DNA of 64,000 bases. Source: Woeseiaceae bacterium (GTDB taxonomy: Bacteria > Pseudomonadota > Gammaproteobacteria > Steroidobacterales > Woeseiaceae). Position numbers and translations under genes: made by a program. Positions 1-10,220 of the stretch are shown in pieces; the stretch's first letter is position 1, and each line of letters starts with the position of its first letter. The stretch lies in contig JBBKWC010000014.1 in assembly GCA_037968735.1 (NCBI GenBank), positions 68,195 through 132,194 on the forward strand, in the 5' to 3' direction. Below the pieces are notes generated by a model. It worked only from the letters and a program-made list of their open reading frames with translations. It had not been told where the DNA came from and made no database searches.

Positions 1-54
1 CTCATGTGTCGATTCTTCCGCGTCTATCAGAACTGCTATTGGAGGAGGTGCGGC

Positions 55-807
55 ATGACAATCTATGCAGAAGACATGCTTGCGGGCGAAACAGCCCTGG
101 TCACCGGTGCGTCTAGAGGGCTCGGACAGGCTATTGCACAGACGCTTGCCGATTGTGGCGCGCGGGTGATCGGCACCGCCACCAGTGATAAAGGCGCTGC
201 GGAGATATCTGCGGCGTTGGGTGAACGAGGCAGAGGTATAGTGCTGGATGTCGCCAGCGATGCTTCCGTGAAGCACGCTTTGGATGACGTTGTTGCGACC
301 GAAGGTTCTCCGACAATCGTGGTAAACAATGCCGGCATTACACGAGACAATTTACTCATGCGCATGAAAACGGAAGAATGGGACGACGTAATCGCCACCA
401 ACCTCTCCGGTATCTTTCGTATTAGCAAAGCTGTGCTTCGTGGCATGATGAAAGCCAGACGCGGGCGGATCGTCAACATAGCCTCGGTGATCGGTGTCAT
501 GGGAAATGCCGGGCAGACGAACTACGGTGCTGCCAAAGCCGGCATCATTGGCTTCAGCAAGTCACTTGCGCGTGAAGTGGGGTCGCGCAACATTACCGTC
601 AATGTCGTTGCACCCGGGTTCATCGACACCGATATGACGAAGGGCCTGCCAGAGAACCAGCGTGCGGCGCTGCTGAGCCAGGTGCCGCTTGGCAGGCTGG
701 GCGCGGCGCAGGATATTGCCAATTCGGTTGCGTTTCTGGCCTCGGACGCAGGTGGCTACATCACCGGTGAAACACTGCATGTCAATGGCGGCATGCTGAT
801 GGACTAG
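55..807 (+). CDS. fabG: 3-oxoacyl-[ACP] reductase (SDR family)
   Basis: ORF 4..807. ATG at 55 follows GGAGGAGG (41-48). SDR motifs TGASRGLG, NNAG and YxxxK (NYGAAKAG). First gene of fabG-acpP-fabF synteny. Confidence 0.95.
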   Translation: MTIYAEDMLAGETALVTGASRGLGQAIAQTLADCGARVIGTATSDKGAAEISAALGERGRGIVLDVASDASVKHALDDVVATEGSPTIVVNNAGITRDNLLMRMKTEEWDDVIATNLSGIFRISKAVLRGMMKARRGRIVNIASVIGVMGNAGQTNYGAAKAGIIGFSKSLAREVGSRNITVNVVAPGFIDTDMTKGLPENQRAALLSQVPLGRLGAAQDIANSVAFLASDAGGYITGETLHVNGGMLMD

Positions 808-1045
808 CAGGACGGCGCTTAAGCAGATCCGGCGCTAGATTGCCCAAACGGATTCACATACAATACCGTCCCACAATCAAGCTTGGCTTGAAATTTCAAG
901 GATTTACCAGTGCGCGGAAAGGTCTGAGCGGCTTGACATCGCTTGCCCGGATCCCCATCGCGGTGAAGAGATACGCCGCAGAAGCTCGGCTTTGTTTGGC
1001 CGAACAGATTTTGAGACAGTCTCTTCCTAAGGAGAAGTGAAAACA

Positions 1046-1288
1046 ATGAGCAGTATTGAAGAACAGGTTAAGGGTATTGTCGCTGAACAGCTTGGCGTCA
1101 AAGAAGAAGAAGTGACAAATGACGCATCCTTCGTTGACGACCTTGGTGCCGACTCTCTGGACACGGTTGAACTTGTAATGGCCTTGGAAGAGGAATTCGA
1201 AACTGAAATCCCCGACGAGGAAGCTGAAAAAATAACCACGGTGCAGCAAGCGATAGACTTCATTAACGCTCGCAAAAGCAAAGATTGA
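1046..1288 (+). CDS. acpP: acyl carrier protein
   Basis: ORF 1037..1288. ATG 1046 lies 11 nt after AAGGAG (1029-1034). [12 protein letters not shown] phosphopantetheine-Ser motif. 80-aa acidic protein. Confidence 0.97.
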   Translation: MSSIEEQVKGIVAEQLGVKEEEVTNDASFVDDLGADSLDTVELVMALEEEFETEIPDEEAEKITTVQQAIDFINARKSKD

Positions 1289-1292
1289 AATG

Positions 1293-1333
1293 CTTCGGTG
1301 CGGCGTATACTCGCTGCGCCGAAGTTGCGTTTC
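1293..1333 (+). terminator. hairpin (terminator/attenuator) between acpP and fabF
   Basis: 12-bp stem CTTCGGTGCGGC / GCTGCGCCGAAG (two G-U pairs), followed by TTGCGTTTC. Confidence 0.45.
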
Positions 1334-1382
1334 TCCGTAGAATATTGGCAACTCTGCCAACATGGTCCGGTCAGGTCCTGAT

Positions 1383-2618
1383 ATGCGACGTGTCGTAATA
1401 ACCGGTATGGGTATCATTTCCCCGGTGGGAAACGATATCGATACGGCGTGGTCAAGCGTGCTGGCCGGCAAATCCGGGATTCGTAGAATCGATGACTTTG
1501 ACGTCAGCGGCTTTGCAACCCAGGTTGCCGGTACCATCCAGGACTTCGATATTTCCGCGTACATGCCGGCGCGTGATGCACGACGCATGGATACTTTCAT
1601 GCACTATGGCATCGCTTCCTGCGCGGATGCGCTAAAGGACTCGGGCCTCGAGGTGACGGCGGAAAACAATCACCGCATCGGCGTCGCTATGGGCGCAGGG
1701 ATCGGCGGGCTGGCGACCATCGAGGAAAATCACTCGAAGTTTCTGGCGGGCGGATCACGCAAGGTTTCGCCATTTTTCATCCCCGGCAGCATCATCAATA
1801 TGACCTCTGGCAATGTCAGCATCCTGTACGGTATGACTGGGCCGAACCTGTCGATCGTCACGGCCTGCGCGACATCAACACATTGCATCGGTTTGGCGGC
1901 AAGAAGCGTGATGCATGGTGATGCCGACGTGATGCTTGCGGGTGGTTCCGAATACGCAACCACGCCGCTTGCCATGGCTGGATTCTGTGCCGCGCGCGCG
2001 ATGACGACGAGAAACGACGAACCGGAACGCGCCAGCCGGCCCTTTGACTTGGAAAGGGATGGCTTCGTGCTCAGCAATGGTGCGGGCTGCCTGATTCTCG
2101 AAGAACTGGAGCACGCCAGAGCGCGCGGCGCGAAGATATATGCCGAACTGATTGGCTTTGGCATGAGCGGCGACGCCCATCACATCACGTCACCTCCTGA
2201 AGATGGCGAGGGCGCGCGCAAATGTATGACTGCCGCGATAGAAGATGCAGGCCTTGAGCCGGCGGAAATTGACTATCTCAATGCGCATGGCACTTCCACG
2301 CCGGTCGGTGACAAAGGCGAGACATTCGCCATCAAGCGAACCTTCGGTGCTGCAGCCGAATCGCTTGCAGTCAGTTCCACAAAATCCTGCACCGGACATT
2401 TGCTGGGCGCAGCCGGTGCTGTGGAGGCGATTTTTTCAATTCTGGCAATCCGCGATCAGGTACTGCCACCAACCATTAACCTCGAACATCCGGATCCCGA
2501 ATGTGACCTTGACTATGTCCCAAACAGTGCGCGAGGGGCGAAAGTGAAAACCGCCATTTCCAATTCTTTCGGCTTTGGCGGCACTAACGCGAGCCTCGTT
2601 TTCCGGGCATTCGACTGA
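1383..2618 (+). CDS. fabF: 3-oxoacyl-[ACP] synthase II
   Basis: ORF 1362..2618, start placed at ATG 1383 (MRRVVITGMG). KS motifs: ACATSTHC (active-site Cys), HGTSTPVGD, GHLLGAAG. Confidence 0.95.
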   Translation: MRRVVITGMGIISPVGNDIDTAWSSVLAGKSGIRRIDDFDVSGFATQVAGTIQDFDISAYMPARDARRMDTFMHYGIASCADALKDSGLEVTAENNHRIGVAMGAGIGGLATIEENHSKFLAGGSRKVSPFFIPGSIINMTSGNVSILYGMTGPNLSIVTACATSTHCIGLAARSVMHGDADVMLAGGSEYATTPLAMAGFCAARAMTTRNDEPERASRPFDLERDGFVLSNGAGCLILEELEHARARGAKIYAELIGFGMSGDAHHITSPPEDGEGARKCMTAAIEDAGLEPAEIDYLNAHGTSTPVGDKGETFAIKRTFGAAAESLAVSSTKSCTGHLLGAAGAVEAIFSILAIRDQVLPPTINLEHPDPECDLDYVPNSARGAKVKTAISNSFGFGGTNASLVFRAFD

Positions 2619-2646
2619 TTTCTGACCTGTCGCCTATACTTGGCGG

Positions 2647-3690
2647 ATGAGTCGGTTTCTCCGCATTCTTTTACTCCTGTCGATCGCCGTCGTGTTGGTC
2701 GCCTCCGTTACCCTGTTTCAGTTGACGCGGACCCTGGACCGACCGATTGACCTGGGTTCGGCTGACCTTGTATTCGATATACGCCCCGGGGCGAATTTCC
2801 GGGACGTGAGTAGTGAGCTGGCGAAAAACGGTGTCATAAGCGATCCGACGTTTTTCCGCATCTACGCGCGGCTCACCGGTGAGGCGGAGAGGGTGCAGGC
2901 CGGCGAGTACCGCATTCTGCAAGGTGATACACCGAAGCGGTTGCTGGAGAAATTCGTGTCGGGTGAAGTGCAATTGCACTCATTCACGGTCGTCGAAGGA
3001 TGGACCTTTCGTGAACTTCTCGCGGCGCTGGCTGGTTCGAATATCATTGAGTCGACCATCGAGTTCGAGGACTGGCCTGCGCTGCTGGAATCCTTTGGCG
3101 CAGAGGCTGAACATCCCGAAGGGTTGTTTCTGCCGGAGACCTATCGACTGCCGAAAGGCAGCACCGATGTGGATCTGCTTCGCCAGGCATATGATCTGAT
3201 GCGGATTGCTTTGCAAGAGGAGTGGGCTGCCCGTGATCCCGCCGCGCCCCTCAATTCACCATACGAGGCGCTCATTCTGGCGTCGATCGTGGAAAAAGAG
3301 ACGGCGCTGGCCGCCGAGCGCCCACGGATCGCCGGGGTATTTGCCCGGCGACTGCAACAGCGCATGCGTCTGCAGACGGACCCGACGGTGATTTACGGTA
3401 TCGGTCCGTCGTTCAATGGCAATCTGACGCGTAAAGATTTGCGCTCGGATACGCCGTACAACACATATACACGGGCCGGATTGCCGCCGACGCCCATTGC
3501 ACTTCCAGGCCGCGCAGCCATTCATGCGGCGCTGCATCCTGCCGCAGGGGAGGAGCTCTATTTTGTGGCTACCGGGCTAGGTGACGGCAGTCATAAATTC
3601 TCGAAGACCAAGGACGAGCACGATGCGGCAGTCGCCGAGTATCTGCGACGACAACGGGCCGCTGCTGCCGGTTCGGCTGCTCGCCAGTGA
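2647..3690 (+). CDS. mltG: endolytic murein transglycosylase (YceG/MltG family)
   Basis: 347 aa with an N-terminal TM helix and YceG-like core (PEGLFLPETY, QTDPTVIYG). Conserved position between fabF and tmk. Confidence 0.9.
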   Translation: MSRFLRILLLLSIAVVLVASVTLFQLTRTLDRPIDLGSADLVFDIRPGANFRDVSSELAKNGVISDPTFFRIYARLTGEAERVQAGEYRILQGDTPKRLLEKFVSGEVQLHSFTVVEGWTFRELLAALAGSNIIESTIEFEDWPALLESFGAEAEHPEGLFLPETYRLPKGSTDVDLLRQAYDLMRIALQEEWAARDPAAPLNSPYEALILASIVEKETALAAERPRIAGVFARRLQQRMRLQTDPTVIYGIGPSFNGNLTRKDLRSDTPYNTYTRAGLPPTPIALPGRAAIHAALHPAAGEELYFVATGLGDGSHKFSKTKDEHDAAVAEYLRRQRAAAAGSAARQ

Positions 3691-4322
3691 CACGCGGTCG
3701 CTTCATCACCGTTGAGGGAATCGAAGGCACCGGCAAATCGACCAATATCGATTACCTGGTTTCGTTACTGAAAGCGCGCGGCGTTGAGACGTTGCAAACA
3801 CGTGAGCCGGGCGGTACGCCGATGGCAGAGCGCATTCGCGAGCTCTTGCTTGCACATGATCAGGAAGCGCTGCCCTATGAAGCAGAGTTGCTGTTGTTTT
3901 TCGCTGCGCGCTGCCTGCATCTGCGTAATACAATTCTGCCTGCCGTCGAAGCCGGCAAGTGGGTAATTTGTGATCGCTTTACCGATGCCAGCCGCGCTTA
4001 TCAGGGCGCCGGCCGTGGCCTGCCTGCTGAGCGCATCGAGTGGCTGGCCGATTGGGTGCAGGGTGGCGTCGAACCCGACCTGACGCTGCTGCTCGATGCC
4101 CCGGCAGAGACGGGCGTAGCGCGTGCGCGGCAACGAGGCAACGGCGACCGAATGGATCATGAGGATCTGAATTTCTATCGTCGCGTACGACAGGGCTACC
4201 TGAATCTGGCGAAGAGATACCCGGAGCGCTTTGTCGTGGTCGACGCAAGCACGTCGCTCGCGGAGGTTCAGGCTGCCATTCAACACGAGATTGATCACTG
4301 GTTGAGCGATAAATCGGATTAA
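3687..4322 (+). CDS. tmk: thymidylate kinase
   Basis: GTGA overlap with the mltG stop. P-loop GIEGTGKST, TREPGGTP. 211 aa. Confidence 0.93.
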   Translation: MTRGRFITVEGIEGTGKSTNIDYLVSLLKARGVETLQTREPGGTPMAERIRELLLAHDQEALPYEAELLLFFAARCLHLRNTILPAVEAGKWVICDRFTDASRAYQGAGRGLPAERIEWLADWVQGGVEPDLTLLLDAPAETGVARARQRGNGDRMDHEDLNFYRRVRQGYLNLAKRYPERFVVVDASTSLAEVQAAIQHEIDHWLSDKSD

Positions 4323-4335
4323 TTATACAACGTAA

Positions 4336-5307
4336 ATGAATGAATCTATTGAAATTAGCTGGGCGAGTGACGCGCGGGACAGGTGGCAGGCCAGCCAGGC
4401 GCAGGGACGCACCCCGCACGCGCTGATGCTGACCGGTGCGGGCGGTACCGGCAAACGTAATACCGCGGCGTTCATTGCCTCAGAGCATCTCGGCATGGCG
4501 GCAGGACTTGCGCTGCCAGTGCACCCGTTGACCATCCCTGTGCATCCGGATCTGCGTTGGATCGAGCCGCCTCCGGATAAACACACCATCGGCATAGATC
4601 GCATTCGCGAACTCGTCGGTGAGCTCTCGCTGACAAGCTATGAAGGCGGCGGGAAGGTGGCTGTGATCGCACCTGCCGACAGCATGACGCATAACGCTGC
4701 CAATAGTTTGCTGAAAACGCTGGAAGAGCCGCCCGGCGATACACTGTTGATCTTAGTGGTGGACCGCGCCGGCCGTCTGCCTGCTACGATTGTGAGCCGT
4801 TGCCAGCGGCTGCATCTCAGAACCCCCCCGCAGAGCGAGGGATTGTCCTGGCTGCAGAGGGTGCATACCGGCACCTATCTTCCTCGCCTTCTTGACGAAG
4901 CAGGTGGCGCTCCGCTGGCTGCGCTGGCCGCGGTAGAACGGCTGGACGAGACGTCGGCGCTGGCGCTTGACTTCAAGGCATTGGCCACAGACGGCGCTCC
5001 GCCGTTGCCGGTCGCTGCCCGCTGGGCGAAGCTTGATCCGGAATTTGTTCTAACTTGGCTGGGCAGGCAAGTGCAGCAGTGTATTACGACGGCAGCGGTG
5101 GGTTCTTCCGCTTCACGGCAAAGCGTGCTTGCGGAATCTGTGCTCAGTCGCATAGACACGAGAAATTTGTTCTGCTATTTAGACATAATCAATAAATTAA
5201 GAGGCCAGTCGCCCGGCAGTTATAACGTTCAGCTTACCCTCGAGAGTCTGCTGATCGACTGGTCCGAAGGACTGGCTTCGATGGCTGACGGCGATTCCTA
5301 CCCTTGA
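4336..5307 (+). CDS. holB: DNA polymerase III subunit delta prime
   Basis: Clamp-loader AAA+ pattern: GAGGTGKRN, LLKTLEEPP, SRCQ box (IVSRCQRL). Follows tmk as in many Gammaproteobacteria. Confidence 0.85.
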   Translation: MNESIEISWASDARDRWQASQAQGRTPHALMLTGAGGTGKRNTAAFIASEHLGMAAGLALPVHPLTIPVHPDLRWIEPPPDKHTIGIDRIRELVGELSLTSYEGGGKVAVIAPADSMTHNAANSLLKTLEEPPGDTLLILVVDRAGRLPATIVSRCQRLHLRTPPQSEGLSWLQRVHTGTYLPRLLDEAGGAPLAALAAVERLDETSALALDFKALATDGAPPLPVAARWAKLDPEFVLTWLGRQVQQCITTAAVGSSASRQSVLAESVLSRIDTRNLFCYLDIINKLRGQSPGSYNVQLTLESLLIDWSEGLASMADGDSYP

Positions 5308-5352
5308 TAACGACGGATATGGCGCTGACCCTATGCGGAAACGAGATACACC

Positions 5353-5691
5353 ATGACCAAACCCGGACTTCTGACACTCACCATCAAGGACAAGAGTGCG
5401 CTCTATCTCGCTTACATGCCGTACGTCATCAATGGCGGGCTTTTCATCCCCACCAATAGCTCTTACCGACTGGGCGACGAGGTTTTTATGTTGCTGAATC
5501 TGATGGGGGAGGAAGAAAAGATCCCGGTAGCGGGGACCGTCATCTGGATGACGCCGAAAGGGGCCCAGGGCAAACGAACCGCAGGGATTGGCGTGCAGTT
5601 CAGCGACCAGGACCAGGGCAATACGCAGAAAAAGATTGAGAACTACCTTGCTGGCGCGCTGGGAGGCGACAAACCCACGCATACCATGTAG
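5353..5691 (+). CDS. pilZ: PilZ domain protein (type IV pilus PilZ type)
   Basis: 112 aa: LTLTIKDKSALYLAYMPYVINGGLFIPT ... GIGVQF. Conserved position after holB. Confidence 0.8.
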   Translation: MTKPGLLTLTIKDKSALYLAYMPYVINGGLFIPTNSSYRLGDEVFMLLNLMGEEEKIPVAGTVIWMTPKGAQGKRTAGIGVQFSDQDQGNTQKKIENYLAGALGGDKPTHTM

Positions 5692-5702
5692 CGCAAGTCT
5701 AA

Positions 5703-6746
5703 TTAGTTGGTGTTGATGCCGCCTTGCAGAACGTAGGCCTGAAAGCCTCTCTCACTCAATATATAAGCCCCAGCTGAACTGCGTCGTCCAGTATCACAAC
5801 ACACCACGTACTTCTTGTTCTTGTCGAGCGTGCTGAGTTTCAGGCGGATAAAATACAGTGGAATGTTCAGTGCACCGTCCTTGTGATGATTTTCGAACTC
5901 ACTTGGCAAACGCACATCGAGCCACTGGCCGCCCTCGGCAATAATTGCATCCGCCTCGCTTGGACTCACCCAGTCGAGCATGGGCTCGTTGAGCAGACGT
6001 TTAAAGTCCTCTTTGCCAAGGCGCATGACAGAGCCATCCGTGGTCATTGTCACCGTCGCATTACGTTTGGCATCGGATATGAGCGCTTCCTCGCCGAATG
6101 TGTCGCCGACAGACAGTTCTGCGAGTTTGATACCCTCTTTGTTCAGCGGTGTTTCCCGGGTGACCAGGCTCTTGCCGCGAATAAGTACGTAGAAATAGTC
6201 GCCTTCTGATCCCTGTTTCAGAACAACATCGCCGGCTTTGTAATTGATCTGCTGCATGCGCATAAAGATCGCCTGGATGTTCGCTGGCGGGATCTTGTGA
6301 AACGCCTTGGCCTGCAGCAGCATCGTCATCCAGTCGTCACCGCCAATGTCGCCGTTGCCGTCCTGCAGTTCCGACACTTCATAGGAGCCGGTCTGGTCCC
6401 AGGTCAGCATTACGTCGAGTAGGTCGCTGTCAATCGAAATGAACTGCACTCTGTCCTTTGCCCGGGCCGTGACGCGCCTCGGAAATTGAGGGGCAACGGG
6501 GTTCCGTGCACTCTCGGTGCCGCCGACGATATTTTCAGAAATCTTCCCGCTGTCAATCAGTTCGAGCGTGCCCGAAATGACGTATATCGTGCGCTTCTCG
6601 GTGTCCCCCTCCTTGAACAGGATTTGTTGCGGCGATAACTCACGGACCTGCACTTTCTTGGCAAGTGCCGTCAGGTTGTCGCGTTTGAGTCCGTCCAGCG
6701 GAGAAAAGCTCTGCAGCAATGGGATATTTAGCTGCTCACCGGTCAT
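5703..6746 (-). CDS. tandem cyclic-nucleotide-binding domain protein with C-terminal rhodanese domain
   Basis: Two CAP-effector-like repeats (e.g. GDTFGEEALISDAKRNATV), then a rhodanese with active-site loop CCDTGRRS. Confidence 0.75.
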   Translation of the reverse strand: MTGEQLNIPLLQSFSPLDGLKRDNLTALAKKVQVRELSPQQILFKEGDTEKRTIYVISGTLELIDSGKISENIVGGTESARNPVAPQFPRRVTARAKDRVQFISIDSDLLDVMLTWDQTGSYEVSELQDGNGDIGGDDWMTMLLQAKAFHKIPPANIQAIFMRMQQINYKAGDVVLKQGSEGDYFYVLIRGKSLVTRETPLNKEGIKLAELSVGDTFGEEALISDAKRNATVTMTTDGSVMRLGKEDFKRLLNEPMLDWVSPSEADAIIAEGGQWLDVRLPSEFENHHKDGALNIPLYFIRLKLSTLDKNKKYVVCCDTGRRSSAGAYILSERGFQAYVLQGGINTN

Positions 6747-6929
6747 TGGTCATCCTGTTTTCGCTCGTTGGTGGGCGCCATTGAGGTGCCTGAATATCGG
6801 CTGGGTTGTAGCCTAAGCCCTTATTCTAACGTCAATTTGTCGGCTTCCGATACCGTCACGGGACGCGATCGTGAAGCGCCGCACAGTTTACCAACAAGAT
6901 CACGCAGTAACAGGTTAATTAGCCAACCA

Positions 6930-8963
6930 TCAGTTGCTGGTGTGTTCCAGCCCTTCCCAGCCAGCGCTGGGTGAAAAGCGGTCACCGTATTGCTGCGCAA
7001 GGGCTTGCAGGGCGGCAACGACATCTTCCACGCCACGTTCCCGCGCGTATTGCAACGGGCCGCCGCGAAACGGCGCGAAGCCGGTGCCGAAGATGACGCC
7101 GGCGTCCAGGAGGTCTGCGTCCCTGACGATGTCGTCCGCGAGACAGGCAACCGATTCGTTGACCATGGGCAAGATCAGGCGATCGACAATATCGGCGGGT
7201 ATGTCCGCAGCGCCGCTCTCCGGTTTAATCGCCTTGCCATCTTGCCATGCGTAAAAGCCCTGGCCCGACTTCCGGCCCAGATCTTTCCGCTCAACCATTG
7301 CGCGAAGCGTATCCGGAACCTCGCGATCGAAGGCCTCGCTCAGGACTTTTGAGACATGCATAGCGACATCCAGTCCCACCGTATCGATCAATTCTATTGG
7401 ACCCATTGGCATGCCGAATTTTTCCGCGGCCTCATCGATTGCAGACAGTGCTACGCCGGACTCAGCGAGATACATGGCTTCAGCCATGTAGGGGCCGAGG
7501 ACCCGGTTTACGACAAATCCCGGTGCGCTCTTGCACTCCAGCGGATACTTTCCGATGCCTTTAACAAACGCGAAGCCAAGGTCGAGTACCTCTTGCTCGG
7601 TATCGTCACATCTGATGACTTCGATCAGCGGCAGCTTGGCAACCGGATTGAAAAAATGCAGTCCAATGAAGCGACGTGGCTGGTCCAGTACGGTGCGCAG
7701 CTCTTCAAGTCGAATGCTGGAGGTATTGGTTGCGAGTATTGCGTCCGGTTTCATCGCGGTCTGTAAGTCTTTGTAAAGCGACTGCTTTGCTTCGGTGTTT
7801 TCAAAAATTGCTTCGATGACAAGATCGGCATCCGCAACGCCTGCACCAGACACATCGGCAGTAAGTCGCTGAACGGCGGCGTCGCGATCTTCATCGGTGT
7901 GAGTACGCTTCGCAAACAGCGTTCGCGCTCTTTCCATCGCCGGTGCAATATATTCTTCTGCGCGATCCTGCAACGTAACGGTCAATCCTCGCAACGCACA
8001 CCATGCCGCGATATCACCGCCCATTACGCCTGCACCCACCACATGTACGCGCGAAATTTTTGTCGCCGTCTTGTTGCCCTGAGATTTCAGCCGGTTCTGC
8101 AGGAAAAAGACGCGAACCAGGTTGCGCGACGTCTCGCCAACCATCAGACGGGCGAATGATCGCGCCTCATCGTCATAGCTGTCTTCAGACGCACCATGCT
8201 GTGTCCACAAATCAATAATGGCGTAGGGTGCCGGATAGTGTTCCGGTCGTGCTCTGCTGATGACCTGCTTACGTAAGGTCTGTGCAACCAAGGGCCGCAA
8301 CGGACCGAAATTAAGAACTTTGTCGAGTAGCGGCGCCGTCTGCTTTGGTTTGCCCGACGACAACAATTCTTTAGCGGCCTGACGCCAGTTGTCGGGCGCA
8401 ACGATGCGGTCGACCAAGCCCTGGCTCAGCGCTTTTCCGACGCGCACCGATTTTCCCGTCAGCATCAGCTTCATTGCTGCGCGAACGCCGATCATGCGGA
8501 CAGCGCGAACCGTGCCACCAAACCCCGGGTGCAGGCCGAGTTGAACCTCCGGAAGGCCGATCACCGGTTTTTCGTTAGCAAGCGCGAGCCGATAACGACA
8601 GGCCAGCGCGAGCTCCAGCCCGCCTCCGAGCGCGAAGCCGTTCAGAACAGCCACGGTCGGGCATCGCAGATTCTCGAGCCGGTTGAACAACTGCTGACCC
8701 TGACGGATCAACTCGAATCCCTCCTCAGCGCTGCTGATCCCGGTGAACTCGTTGATATCGGCACCCATTACAAAGCCACTGGATTTGCTCGAATAGATCA
8801 CAAGTCCGTGCGGGGGTTGCTGCTCGTAGGTTTGCAAAATTGCATCAAGTTCGCGCAATACCCCGGCGGACAATACATTCGCGCTGCTGTCTGCCTTATC
8901 CAGGCATAGCCAGGTGATGCCAAGCGAATCGGTTTCCTGTCTCCAGTTTGCAGGTGCGTTCAT
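6930..8963 (-). CDS. FadB/FadJ-like enoyl-CoA hydratase / 3-hydroxyacyl-CoA dehydrogenase
   Basis: 677 aa. N-terminal crotonase fold (GFALGGGLELALAC), central Rossmann GAGVMGGDIA, C-terminal 3-HCDH region. No thiolase partner adjacent. Confidence 0.85.
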   Translation of the reverse strand: MNAPANWRQETDSLGITWLCLDKADSSANVLSAGVLRELDAILQTYEQQPPHGLVIYSSKSSGFVMGADINEFTGISSAEEGFELIRQGQQLFNRLENLRCPTVAVLNGFALGGGLELALACRYRLALANEKPVIGLPEVQLGLHPGFGGTVRAVRMIGVRAAMKLMLTGKSVRVGKALSQGLVDRIVAPDNWRQAAKELLSSGKPKQTAPLLDKVLNFGPLRPLVAQTLRKQVISRARPEHYPAPYAIIDLWTQHGASEDSYDDEARSFARLMVGETSRNLVRVFFLQNRLKSQGNKTATKISRVHVVGAGVMGGDIAAWCALRGLTVTLQDRAEEYIAPAMERARTLFAKRTHTDEDRDAAVQRLTADVSGAGVADADLVIEAIFENTEAKQSLYKDLQTAMKPDAILATNTSSIRLEELRTVLDQPRRFIGLHFFNPVAKLPLIEVIRCDDTEQEVLDLGFAFVKGIGKYPLECKSAPGFVVNRVLGPYMAEAMYLAESGVALSAIDEAAEKFGMPMGPIELIDTVGLDVAMHVSKVLSEAFDREVPDTLRAMVERKDLGRKSGQGFYAWQDGKAIKPESGAADIPADIVDRLILPMVNESVACLADDIVRDADLLDAGVIFGTGFAPFRGGPLQYARERGVEDVVAALQALAQQYGDRFSPSAGWEGLEHTSN

Positions 8964-8966
8964 TGT

Positions 8967-9701
8967 TCAGGCCACCTCGAAATCACATATCAGCGGAAGA
9001 TGATCGGAAAATTTAACCTGGGGAATTTCAAAATGACTGACTTCAATACCCTCCTGGTAGAGCACGAAATCCAGCTCTTTACGCGGGGACCGGCTGGGGT
9101 AGGAAGGCAGGCTCTGTTTGTTCGCGCTGCGCAATCCCGCCGCGCGCATGAAAAGGTATATTTCGTTTTCACCCCAGAAGGTATTGAAATCTCCGGCGAC
9201 TATGACGGGCTTTTCGGTGGCTGCAATCAGGTCGTAAAGCTTGCGCAACTGCAAATGGCGATGCCGGTATTTCAGGGAAAGATGCACCAGGAAAACCGCG
9301 AAATTGTCCATCTCCAGTTCGATGATCAGGCGCTTGATGCCCGTGTCGAAATAATGAAAAGCCTCGCCGTGGACGCGGGGCGCGGCGAGGAAAGCATTGC
9401 CCTGCTTCCTGACAATCGGCAGGAGCTGGTTTAGCGATTTTGCGCCGTATTTGGACTCATAGGACGTGTTCATGCCGAGTTCGGCTGCAATCGAGGCTGC
9501 CTGGTTGACTTTGCGGCTGCGAATCGAGCCGGTATCCACTTCAATGAGGCCAACGATATCGGGATCACAGGATTTGATGAAATTGACGATCTCGGGCAAA
9601 ACCGTCTGGTTCCCCAGCAGGTATCCAGCGCCCGGCAGCGGCATGTGTATGGACGCGCCGGAACCGACGCCATAGCGAATGTTGTACAGGAGTAGTCTCA
9701 T
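8967..9701 (-). CDS. endonuclease/exonuclease/phosphatase (EEP) family protein
   Basis: 244 aa with EEP motifs: LLYNIRYG, AGDFNTFW, FSDHLPL. Confidence 0.75.
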   Translation of the reverse strand: MRLLLYNIRYGVGSGASIHMPLPGAGYLLGNQTVLPEIVNFIKSCDPDIVGLIEVDTGSIRSRKVNQAASIAAELGMNTSYESKYGAKSLNQLLPIVRKQGNAFLAAPRVHGEAFHYFDTGIKRLIIELEMDNFAVFLVHLSLKYRHRHLQLRKLYDLIAATEKPVIVAGDFNTFWGENEIYLFMRAAGLRSANKQSLPSYPSRSPRKELDFVLYQEGIEVSHFEIPQVKFSDHLPLICDFEVA

Positions 9702-9754
9702 GATCGGAGGCTACGATACACTAGTAACCCGCGCTATGGCAGACGGAGAAAACC

Positions 9755-10210
9755 GTGTCAGAAAGTAATCCGATCAGAGTATTTGTTGCCCATAATTTCC
9801 AGGAAAGCGACGACTATCTGCGTGTGTTCGAATTTCTCGAGAGTATCGAACTCTTTTTCTATCTGAACGTGAGCAAGCCGGAAAACGTGCCGGAGTCAGG
9901 CGGTCTGGATGCCATTCGCGAAGAGCTCATTAATCAGATCAAGGAATGTGAGGCCATGATCATGCCCGCGACCCTTTTTCTGGAGCAGAATGATACCGCT
10001 CGTTTCCAGCTCGATGTCGCAAAAGCCAATCAAAAGCCCGTGATAGCGATCCGGCCCTTCGGCGGTCTCATCGAGACGCCCGATGCCCTCTCCGAGCAGG
10101 CAAAGGAAGTCATCGAATGGAACGAAAGAGAGATGGTGGATGCGCTCAAGCGCCAGGCTCGACGCGAGGACACGTCGCGCTGGGAAACGATCGAATTTAC
10201 GCTTGACTAG
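9755..10210 (+). CDS. hypothetical protein, possible TIR-like/DUF1863-type fold
   Basis: GTG start after GGAG. 151 aa. Alternating strand/helix pattern RVFVAHNFQESDDY ... ECEAMIMPA ... KPVIAIRPFG. Family assignment is by eye only. Confidence 0.55.
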   Translation: MSESNPIRVFVAHNFQESDDYLRVFEFLESIELFFYLNVSKPENVPESGGLDAIREELINQIKECEAMIMPATLFLEQNDTARFQLDVAKANQKPVIAIRPFGGLIETPDALSEQAKEVIEWNEREMVDALKRQARREDTSRWETIEFTLD

Positions 10211-10220
10211 CCCCGCCCAA

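Noticed and set aside
896-1600. 234-aa minus-strand ORF across acpP and the fabF start.
   Set aside because: It is antisense to two unambiguous conserved genes and has low-complexity composition.
10083-10220. N-terminal 46-codon extension of the phosphodiesterase ORF.
   Set aside because: It overlaps the 3' end of the preceding gene and is Arg/Ser-rich with no homology pattern. The canonical GDPD N-terminus begins at ATG 10221.
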